A stretch of 32,960 bases of DNA from a virus (taxonomy: Duplodnaviria; Caudoviricetes), in the IMG/VR virus record IMGVR_UViG_3300038675_000799, positions 1-32,960 of that record; one strand, 5' to 3'. Positions 25,871 to 32,960 of this stretch are shown in pieces (the stretch's first letter is position 1; the number at the start of each line of letters is the position of its first letter). Position numbers and translations under genes: made by a program. The notes beneath the pieces were generated by a model that did not search any database, was not told the origin of the DNA, and saw only the letters and a list, made by a program, of their open reading frames with translations.

Positions 25871-26655
25871 TGCGCGTTGCGGCATCCATTCTTTTCCTGC
25901 TGACCGCCACGGCTGCGCTTGCGCTGGACCCACGAGCTGCGCTCCTGCTGGATGGCATGCCGAGCGCGGATGGGCTCATGGCCGAATATCAGGTTTTTGA
26001 TAATGCTGATGACACCTGTTGCGCGGCGCATGCCACTCTCGGCAACGGTGCGACGGCGCACTCCCGCCGCCTGTGGTTCGACGGCGCGGACGATTACGCT
26101 CGCACGGCCAGCAACGATGCGCTCAACGTGACTACAAAGCTAACCGTCATGGCGTGGATTTACCCGACGAATATCACCGGCAAGACTACCGGCGGGAGCG
26201 GCCAGGCAGTCGCGTCGCGCTACGACACCGCAGGGAACAACCGATCGTGGGAGTTGGCGGTATCTCTTATCGCAACCCCCTTTATTGCAGGAGGCGTGGC
26301 GGTCCAATTCGGCTCGCCATCCACCGGATTATATACCGGCCGCGTCGGAATTCGCCCAGGACTCACCTATTCTGACAAGCGTTTCCCCGGCATCCTCAAT
26401 AACGACACCTGGTATCACGTCGCGTTCACCTACGATTCCGGGACGGTGCTGATCTACGTCAACGGGGTAGAGTACGCGCCGGAGGGTTACGGGACAATTC
26501 CAACCGGCCTCCGCACGTCATCCCTGCCGCTGACAATCGGAAATGTTCATGGCAACGAACATGGGTTCATCGGCGGAATTGGCCCTGTAAAGATTTACCG
26601 CCGCGTCGCAACCGATGAAATCATGAGAGACTTTTTGAGAGGACCGCCGCAATGA
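25870..26655 (+). CDS. LamG/concanavalin A-like lectin domain protein with signal peptide
   Basis: MRVAASILFLLTATAALALD; LWFDGADDY, LTVMAWIYP, WYHVAFTYD, IYVNG, LTIG and FIGGIGPVKIYRR. Confidence 0.88.
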   Translation: MRVAASILFLLTATAALALDPRAALLLDGMPSADGLMAEYQVFDNADDTCCAAHATLGNGATAHSRRLWFDGADDYARTASNDALNVTTKLTVMAWIYPTNITGKTTGGSGQAVASRYDTAGNNRSWELAVSLIATPFIAGGVAVQFGSPSTGLYTGRVGIRPGLTYSDKRFPGILNNDTWYHVAFTYDSGTVLIYVNGVEYAPEGYGTIPTGLRTSSLPLTIGNVHGNEHGFIGGIGPVKIYRRVATDEIMRDFLRGPPQ

Positions 26656-27164
26656 AAAAACTCGCAACGCTATTGATTCTTGCCGCCGCCGCCGCCGCCG
26701 CCAGCGCCTCGCCAATGCTGGCCCCGGACGGCGCCTACCACGCCGCCCCGCCGTCGCGCCTTGAAACGCCGGATGGTGTCGCCACCATCGGGAACCCGGA
26801 CGCGCTGCTTGCCTACGGATGGGCTTACGCCAGCCCCGAGCGCATCGCGGCGGAAGAAGCCGCGCAAGCAGCCGCGCAGGCCGAGGCCGAGGCCGCCGCG
26901 AGCCTGCCGCTCCAATCGGCAACCGGGTTCGCCGTCCAAGACAGCGACGGCCACTGGATTGAGCTTGAGCCAACCGGCGACGGCCTGCCGGTCATCGGGG
27001 TCCGGGTTTCCAACTCCCCCCTCACGCCGGAGGAACGCGCTGCCATGAAAGCGGAGAGAAAGACCGCACACGACGCGCTCAAAGCGGCGTCGCAGGACAA
27101 GAAACTGAACGATAAGGCCAAGGTCGCCCTGTTGATGAAGGCTGTCTTTGGTGTGGAGGAATAA
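26652..27164 (+). CDS. Exported hypothetical protein (170 aa)
   Basis: Signal peptide MKKLATLLILAAAAAAASA; GAGGA RBS; ATGA overlap. Confidence 0.8.
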   Translation: MKKLATLLILAAAAAAASASPMLAPDGAYHAAPPSRLETPDGVATIGNPDALLAYGWAYASPERIAAEEAAQAAAQAEAEAAASLPLQSATGFAVQDSDGHWIELEPTGDGLPVIGVRVSNSPLTPEERAAMKAERKTAHDALKAASQDKKLNDKAKVALLMKAVFGVEE

Positions 27165-27166
27165 CC

Positions 27167-27277
27167 ATGTTGCGCGGCGGCGAGAAAACAACCAACCGGC
27201 GAGCCAACGCTTGTCGGAATCATTCGGTCGTATTCTTCCACTACGTCGCCGCGCTTTTTGAAAGGAACCGGACATGA
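27167..27277 (+). CDS. Possible 36-aa bridging/leader ORF (MLRGGEKTT...)
   Basis: GGAGGAATAACC-ATG; its stop overlaps the next start (ATGA). Confidence 0.35.
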   Translation: MLRGGEKTTNRRANACRNHSVVFFHYVAALFERNRT

Positions 27278-27693
27278 AATACGCTCAAATCTTCGCAATC
27301 GGAACCATCCTCGCTGTTCTCTGCGCCCTCGGAGGAATGGGCTGCTCCAACCTCGGCGGCCTCGGCCGCGCGGCCTCCGGCCTCGCCGGCCTGGTCGCCC
27401 CCGAGCACAAGGCCACAGCAGACAACCTCTACGCGCTCCTCCGCGACGACCAGCTCGCCTCGTCACTCGACGTCGAGGTGGCCCTGGAGGACAAGGAGGG
27501 GCGGATCTACCGCAAGGGCGACCTCACGCCTGTGGTTTTGACCTCCCGCCGCGCCTACACCTGGGACAGCCTGCCCGCCGGCGCCTGGGACAGGTTCCTC
27601 GGTGCCGCGCCGGACCGCTCCGGCGTGGCCGCCCAGCGCAAGGCCCTCGCCGACGCCCTCGCCGCCGTCCCGTCCACGCCATCCAAAAAGTGA
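27274..27693 (+). CDS. Putative lipoprotein (139 aa)
   Basis: Hydrophobic leader ending GMG-C-SN; AAGGA RBS. Confidence 0.7.
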   Translation: MKYAQIFAIGTILAVLCALGGMGCSNLGGLGRAASGLAGLVAPEHKATADNLYALLRDDQLASSLDVEVALEDKEGRIYRKGDLTPVVLTSRRAYTWDSLPAGAWDRFLGAAPDRSGVAAQRKALADALAAVPSTPSKK

Positions 27694-28499
27694 ACTCCGT
27701 TTCCACCAAGACCGGCGCGGACTATCAGCGCTTTGAGGATCGCCTGCCCACGCTCCGCCTGACCGACGCGGAGATCCTGGCGCTCCAGACCACGGCCCTC
27801 CGGATCCTGGACTCCGGCGAGATCCGCTGGAATCACCTGGAGGATGCCCTGGGCGAGGTCTTCGGCCCGGACGCCATCCCCGGACTGATCGACGCCCTCC
27901 GCAACCGCACCCCCGTCGCCGCCTGGTCCCGCCGCGACACCGTCCGCCTCATCGCCGCCCTCTATCCTTATATACCAGGCGAGACGGAGGGCAAAAAGGC
28001 TGCCTGGGTGGTGGACCAGGCGCAGCCGTGCTTCGACGCCGACCGGTGGGATGCAGAGATCTTCCCCTTTGTCCTCCAACGCATCGAGGAGTACCGCGCC
28101 GCCGGCGGAACCCTCGACCGCTGGCCCGACGTCGTCGAGCCGCCAGAGCCAGCCGCGCCACGGACTCTCACCGGCGCCGAGCGGGGGTTCCTTTGGAAGC
28201 CCCTGGGCGACCACGCGGACATCGTCCGCGTCCTTCTGCCGCCAGAATACACCGGGCTGGTGGACCGTGGCAGCGTCGAGATCTGGCACGCGGGGCAGCT
28301 CGTCGAGAGGCTGCGATCGACCGGCGTTGCCAACGGCGGCCGCGAGCACTTCGCCGGGGCGAAACCCGGCGGCGCCTACAACGCCTGCAGCCAGGTCCGC
28401 GCCACCGCCCAAGGCGTCACCTTTGTGTGGGTCATCAGCTCGCCTGGATCGCGCAACGAGGACGTCGTCGCGACGGTCCTTGGGGAGCCAGCCACATGA
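27690..28499 (+). CDS. Hypothetical protein (about 269 aa; start uncertain)
   Basis: GTG 27690 overlaps the upstream stop; two domains joined by PPEPAAP. Confidence 0.65.
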   Translation: MNSVSTKTGADYQRFEDRLPTLRLTDAEILALQTTALRILDSGEIRWNHLEDALGEVFGPDAIPGLIDALRNRTPVAAWSRRDTVRLIAALYPYIPGETEGKKAAWVVDQAQPCFDADRWDAEIFPFVLQRIEEYRAAGGTLDRWPDVVEPPEPAAPRTLTGAERGFLWKPLGDHADIVRVLLPPEYTGLVDRGSVEIWHAGQLVERLRSTGVANGGREHFAGAKPGGAYNACSQVRATAQGVTFVWVISSPGSRNEDVVATVLGEPAT

Positions 28500-29140
28500 G
28501 CGCCGTCGCCCCCATTGCAGCCGCCGTCGCCAAGGTCCTCGCCAAGGCCGCCTGGAAGCTCGTCCGAATGTGGGCGCACAAAAAGGCCCGCGTCCGCGGT
28601 GAGTGGCTCGGGCGCTGGAAAAGCGTTACGCCTGCCGACCCTGCCGCCGCCGTCCAGGCAGGCTACAACGCGGACACGCCCACGCGGCTCATCATCAACG
28701 ATCCCATCGACCCGCGGCGCTGGCGGCATGAGTCCGGCGCCGAGTACATGCCGGACACCCCCGGCATCACGGACGGCGGCTCTACGCCGCCCCTCGCCCG
28801 CGACGCAGTCAAAAAGTGGGCGGACCTCGATCCCTTCGGCACCTTCGTGGATGCTTTCTTTTTCCATGACGCGGCCTACCGCGACGCCGGCTGCTGGGTC
28901 CGCCTGCCCAAGGCCGAGGCCGCCAAGCATGGCCTCTCCATCCCCAAGGGCTCTGACATCTCGGAGTGGACCTGGATGCCCCTGACCCGCGCCATGGCCG
29001 ACACCCTTCTCTTCCAGCAGATGCCGAGCCTCGGCGGACGCAACGGCGAGGTCCAGGCCATCTTCCGCGCCGTCCGAGTCGGCGCCGCCCGAGCCTGGCG
29101 CAACCACCGCCGCCGCGCCGCAAACAGGAGCGAAGTCTGA
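28496..29140 (+). CDS. DUF1353-family protein
   Basis: ITDGGSTP, AFFFHDAAY and RAMADTLL...AIFRAVRVGA. Confidence 0.75.
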   Translation: MSAVAPIAAAVAKVLAKAAWKLVRMWAHKKARVRGEWLGRWKSVTPADPAAAVQAGYNADTPTRLIINDPIDPRRWRHESGAEYMPDTPGITDGGSTPPLARDAVKKWADLDPFGTFVDAFFFHDAAYRDAGCWVRLPKAEAAKHGLSIPKGSDISEWTWMPLTRAMADTLLFQQMPSLGGRNGEVQAIFRAVRVGAARAWRNHRRRAANRSEV

Positions 29141-30966
29141 TGGCTAACGACATCGATGTCAAAATCGGCATAACCACAAAGGGCGACGCCTCCGGTGCTC
29201 AGGCCGTTGACAAGGCCCTCGACGAGGTCAAGCAGTCTGCCCAGGAGGCCGCCGCCGCCGCCGGCGACGCCGCCGCCCAGGCCGCCGACAAGGCCGCCCA
29301 GGCAGCCGATAAGGCCACCACAGAGGTCAAGGAGCTGGCCGCCGAAATGGCCAAGGACCCAGGCACCGGCGGCCTCTCCGACGCTATCGGCGACCTGGAC
29401 GCTAAAATAACCAGCCTTTCCGACGAGAAGAAAAAGGCCGGTGTCGCCGGGCTGTCGCGGGCGCTGGAGGGGCTTGCACGAGGCGACATCGCTACGGGGG
29501 TTGGGGGGGCTGCGGAGGCGCTCTTCCAAATGGCGCAGGCAATCCCCAATCCGGGCGCAGCCATTGGGCTATCGCTCGCCGGAATTGCGATCTCCGGCGT
29601 TCTTAAAGCAATCCGGAGTGATGCTTCAGATACCGCCGAGACGTTTAGAAATGAGTTCGGCGAGACCCTGGACGAGGAGATGGCGCGCCTGGAAGCGTGG
29701 TCGCAGGTGGAGATGGAGTGGGCCGGTGTAAAGGCGGCCAACGAAAACATCATCAAGGATTTTTCCTCGGTGGTTGCGGCCGCGGCTGCGACGCAGCAGG
29801 CGATCGAGATGATTTTCACGGCGAACATCGGCTCCAAGGTGGCGGGGCTGGAACGGGAAAAGCAGCAGGCCGTTGAGTCAGGAGACAAGGAGAAGGCCGC
29901 TGAGATCGATCGCCAGGTGGACCAATTGCGGCAGTATGAGGAGCTGGTCAAGCTCAACACCAGCATCGCAGAAGAAAAGGCTAAGCTCGAAGAGCTGAAG
30001 GTCAAAATCGAGGAGCAGGCGGCGGCCGCGAGGAAAACGGCCGAAGAGGCCGAGGCCGGCAAGCAAGAGCTGATCGACCTTAAGGAGAAAATCACTGCGC
30101 TATGGGGCAACTCAGACGCCACGCGTCCGGGCTCATCCGCGCACACCGAGCTCATTAATAGTTTGCAATCCAAAGCGGATTACGCGGGCGAAGAGGCTTC
30201 CAGACTTGCCCGGATCAAGGGCTACGAGGACGTAGCCGCCGCCCGCCGTCTAGAGGAGGATTCCCTCCGCAAGCTCGCGACTGAAATCTCTGGACTCTCG
30301 GATAAAATTGATCTTGTAGCGGACCAGGAGACCACCCTGGCTAAGACCCGCGAGGAATCCAACGAGGCCGCAAAAAAATCGCAGCAGGAGTACACCGCGG
30401 TTAAGGCTCAAATCGAAGCTCTGGAGATCCAGCTCAAGGATCTCGCTTCGGCCGCCGGTCCGGATGTCGCCGGCCAGGCTGCCGAGCAGGCTGCCTACAT
30501 GACCGAGGCGACGACAAAGATTCTCGAGGACATGGAAACCCTTGTCATCGAAGATGGCGAAAAAATCAAGCAGGCCGGCGAGGCGGCATTCAAGGGAGCT
30601 CAGGAGGCGGCCGGGGATCTGGACGGAGCCCGCAAGGCTTATGAAACGTCCGCAACCCAAATGGGCGAGGCCATCGGGAAGATCGAAGAGGCGGCGGAGA
30701 AAATCGGCAACGAGGCCGAGGAGGGGGGGGATCAAATTAAGCAGGGCGCCCAGGAGTTTCGCACGAAGCTCGGAGAGGCCGCCGGCCTTTTCTCCCAGGC
30801 GGCCTTTGACCTAAATTCAACAGCTACCGGCGTCGCCCGCCAAGCCGCCGACCTCGCGGCCGAGCAGCGGCGCGTCGCCGCAGAGGTCGCTGTCCTGCGC
30901 CAGCAGACCTCCGCAGCACTCGCCGACTCGGCCATGGCGCTGGCTCAAATCCGCAACAGGGGTTAG
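29140..30966 (+). CDS. Tape measure-like protein (608 aa)
   Basis: MANDIDVKIGITTKGDASG N-terminus; long Ala/Glu-rich helical body with a short hydrophobic segment. Confidence 0.8.
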   Translation: MANDIDVKIGITTKGDASGAQAVDKALDEVKQSAQEAAAAAGDAAAQAADKAAQAADKATTEVKELAAEMAKDPGTGGLSDAIGDLDAKITSLSDEKKKAGVAGLSRALEGLARGDIATGVGGAAEALFQMAQAIPNPGAAIGLSLAGIAISGVLKAIRSDASDTAETFRNEFGETLDEEMARLEAWSQVEMEWAGVKAANENIIKDFSSVVAAAAATQQAIEMIFTANIGSKVAGLEREKQQAVESGDKEKAAEIDRQVDQLRQYEELVKLNTSIAEEKAKLEELKVKIEEQAAAARKTAEEAEAGKQELIDLKEKITALWGNSDATRPGSSAHTELINSLQSKADYAGEEASRLARIKGYEDVAAARRLEEDSLRKLATEISGLSDKIDLVADQETTLAKTREESNEAAKKSQQEYTAVKAQIEALEIQLKDLASAAGPDVAGQAAEQAAYMTEATTKILEDMETLVIEDGEKIKQAGEAAFKGAQEAAGDLDGARKAYETSATQMGEAIGKIEEAAEKIGNEAEEGGDQIKQGAQEFRTKLGEAAGLFSQAAFDLNSTATGVARQAADLAAEQRRVAAEVAVLRQQTSAALADSAMALAQIRNRG

Positions 30967-30968
30967 CC

Positions 30969-32780
30969 GTGCAGGAGTGGACCATCAACAACGTCTCCCT
31001 GGCCGACCTGGGCGTCGACTCTCTCCAGCTGCACCTCCAAAACCAGGACGACGACTACGTCGATATCCGGTTCCCCCGCAACTACGACGCCGCCCTCCCG
31101 GACGGATTCGACGTGGACGCTCCGCTCGTCGTTCGCTGCGGTTCAACCGTCGTCTTCCGCGGCGAGGTCGCCACCCCCTTGCAGTCCGCCTCCGCCTTCG
31201 CCGAATACCGCTCCGTTTTCGCCTACGGACCGTGGCATCGCTTCCGCGAGATGCCTTTCCTTTATATGTACCCCTACGTCACCGGCGCCGCCCTCTCGAC
31301 TCACGGCGTCCTCGGCGGCAACGCCTCGGACCTCCTTAACGCCATTCTCACCACCAATGCGGATGGCATCGTCCAGGTCGGCACCATCGATGTCGGCTCC
31401 CTGGCCATCCCCGAGACCGAGGTCTACGACCAGACCCTCGCACAGGCCCTCCAGGCCGTCCTTCGCTACATTGTTGGCGCCGTCGTCGCCTTCGACTACT
31501 CCACCGCGCCCCCCACAGTCCACATCGTCGCCGACAACTCTACCTCCCTCACCTCCGTCCCCATCGACATTAACGACGGCCTCAACTCCGCCTTCAACCT
31601 CTCCCCCCTCTACGCCCGCCTGATTTCCGGCGTCACCCTCCAATACGAGGCGACCGGCCAGGTGCAGACTGGAGTGCTTGAATTTAAGCAATCTTACGAT
31701 GTGCCTGTGACCGATGACACGATCGATACGCCGTCGCAATGGTCTGGGTTCTTCATCCTCGGGAGCGATTCCGCCGGCGACGCCGCCTCGCGACGCCATT
31801 TCCGCCGGACGATCCGGCTGGAGGGCGCATACGATATTTCATCGTATGTGTGGCACGGGCAGGTGTGGCCCTACTGGCCCCTGGAACAGGCGCCGAACTC
31901 CTCGGGCAAACAGTTTACTCTCGATACTCTCCTGAGCGTCACAACCCAGAGTGGCTATACCGCTAAAAACCTCCGCATCTACATCGACCGCGCATGTTAT
32001 TTCACGAAGTTCTGGTCGTGGGCCAGCAACGCCAATATGTCGTTCAATTTTGGTGGTCACACGGGCGCACAGCAGGCCAATGTCGGAGGCTTCACCAACT
32101 TTGACTCCGCTCTGCCAGGCGGCACCGGCTTGGAGTGGCTGTCTGCGGGGGGGGGCGATGTCTACTCGTCGCTCAAATATCTCCGGCCCCTCATGCGGAC
32201 AGGCTTGCCTTATACTTCGAGGTCCCAGCCGATTACCCTGACCGGACACCCTTATTTAATCACACATCTCTGGGGGCCGAGCTCTCCGGTGAACAATCTC
32301 GACCACTTCTTCCAAACCGAAGAACTTCCCGGCGCTCGTGTGGCGGCATTCGGGTGCAGATGGGATTCATCCGGCGGAACTATCCGAAACTGGACTCCCG
32401 ATGGTACAGTCTACCGTATTCCATTCGTCGACGACCGAACTGTTGGCGCAATTAACAGCTCAACCGGCCGCTTCGACCACGTCAAAACGGTCGATAACTC
32501 CTCCGCCGTTCTACCCGAGGCCGGCATCGCCGCCCAGCTTCTCGCCGCCAACAACCGGCTGCTTTATGAGGGCCGCCTGACCCGCCTCCTCGACGACCCC
32601 TCCGACTTCGCCGGCCTGAACCGGAAGGTCCTGTTCACCAACCTGGCCGTAAGCGCCCTGGTACAGCGCCTCTCCTACGACACCGCCACCGGCCTGGCCG
32701 ACCTCACCTTCGGCGCCCCCACCCACCTCGGCCCTCAAGATCTCATCGCCCTCCAGCGCGCCGGCAAGTCCCCTGCATAG
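30969..32780 (+). CDS. Tail tip/hub-like protein (603 aa)
   Basis: Follows the TMP; VVFRGEV N-terminal hub-like pattern; C-terminal ADLTFGAPTHL. Confidence 0.65.
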   Translation: MQEWTINNVSLADLGVDSLQLHLQNQDDDYVDIRFPRNYDAALPDGFDVDAPLVVRCGSTVVFRGEVATPLQSASAFAEYRSVFAYGPWHRFREMPFLYMYPYVTGAALSTHGVLGGNASDLLNAILTTNADGIVQVGTIDVGSLAIPETEVYDQTLAQALQAVLRYIVGAVVAFDYSTAPPTVHIVADNSTSLTSVPIDINDGLNSAFNLSPLYARLISGVTLQYEATGQVQTGVLEFKQSYDVPVTDDTIDTPSQWSGFFILGSDSAGDAASRRHFRRTIRLEGAYDISSYVWHGQVWPYWPLEQAPNSSGKQFTLDTLLSVTTQSGYTAKNLRIYIDRACYFTKFWSWASNANMSFNFGGHTGAQQANVGGFTNFDSALPGGTGLEWLSAGGGDVYSSLKYLRPLMRTGLPYTSRSQPITLTGHPYLITHLWGPSSPVNNLDHFFQTEELPGARVAAFGCRWDSSGGTIRNWTPDGTVYRIPFVDDRTVGAINSSTGRFDHVKTVDNSSAVLPEAGIAAQLLAANNRLLYEGRLTRLLDDPSDFAGLNRKVLFTNLAVSALVQRLSYDTATGLADLTFGAPTHLGPQDLIALQRAGKSPA

Positions 32781-32809
32781 CCTCCTGCAGCCAGCCTGCA
32801 ATCCGCCCA

Positions 32810-32857
32810 TTTTCCCAACTGCGTGATAACTTTTCCCAACTAGGGCGCGCGGATACA
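32810..32857 (-). repeat. Phage right end (attR) with transposase-binding repeats
   Basis: TTTTCCCAACT at 32810-32820 and 32831-32841. The minus strand reads TGTATCC... from 32857, similar to the TG...CA ends of Mu. Confidence 0.75.
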
Positions 32858-32960
32858 GGTCGACGTTCTGGATGCTGTTGAGGGCGAGGTTTTCGCGGGC
32901 GGCCGCGACGGAGGGGGGGAAGCTTTCGACGCCGATGACGCGGTCGGCGATGCCGGCGAG
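32858..32960 (-). CDS. Fragment of host 23S rRNA m5U methyltransferase (RlmD/TrmA family), interrupted by the phage end
   Basis: LAGIADRVIGVESFPPSVAAARENLALNSIQNVD matches the SAM-binding motif II region of this family; only 34 codons are visible. Confidence 0.65.

Larger units (their letters stand above)
1..32857. mobile_element. Mu-like transposable (pro)phage with divergent B3/BcepMu-type organisation; left end outside the window
   Basis: MuA-like, MuB-like, Gam and Mu-type terminase/portal/protease genes. Terminal CA at 32856-32857 with subterminal direct repeats, followed by unrelated host-type coding sequence. Confidence 0.95.

Noticed and set aside
22805-27277. Diversity-generating retroelement targeting the fibre or LamG genes
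   Set aside because: No reverse transcriptase in the window, and the repeat pair differs at only two sites with no adenine-specific pattern.
32511-32810. 99-aa minus-strand ORF at the right end
   Set aside because: Antisense to the tail tip gene and only the chance read-through of the interrupted host frame.
22805-32857. Mu-type invertible G segment with gin, and mom
   Set aside because: No serine invertase, no flanking inverted repeats, no opposite-strand fibre genes and no mom-like ORF seen.

Overview
Almost the whole window (1 to about 32857) is a GC-rich Mu-like transposable phage or prophage, missing only its left end. A leftward early/transposition arm (minus strand, 1-9663) encodes a glycosyltransferase (truncated by the window edge), a minimal family X DNA polymerase, DUF2786, a GemA-like protein, Gam, a MuB-like ATPase, a MuA-like transposase and many small ORFs. 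It diverges from a central switch made of two paralogous ribbon-helix-helix genes. A short AT-richer lysogenic cargo block (9750-11190) follows. A rightward late arm (11453-32780) carries Mu-type head genes (gp26/27/28/29, I/Z protease-scaffold, decoration protein, capsid, gp36, F, G) and a non-contractile-type tail region. The right end reads TGTATCC... on the minus strand, has 11-bp subterminal repeats, and abuts an interrupted host RlmD/TrmA-like methyltransferase gene. The most unusual features are: (1) four signal-peptide or lipobox-bearing genes, including a tail-fibre-like and a lectin protein, inside the tail module; (2) a recurring hydrophobic-A-N-(E/D/A/T) motif in head proteins, one copy lying right after a transmembrane leader on the decoration protein; (3) the twin-RHH genetic switch; (4) a Gam + mini-PolX + glycosyltransferase early cassette. 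All family assignments come from motif recognition by eye; no searches were run.
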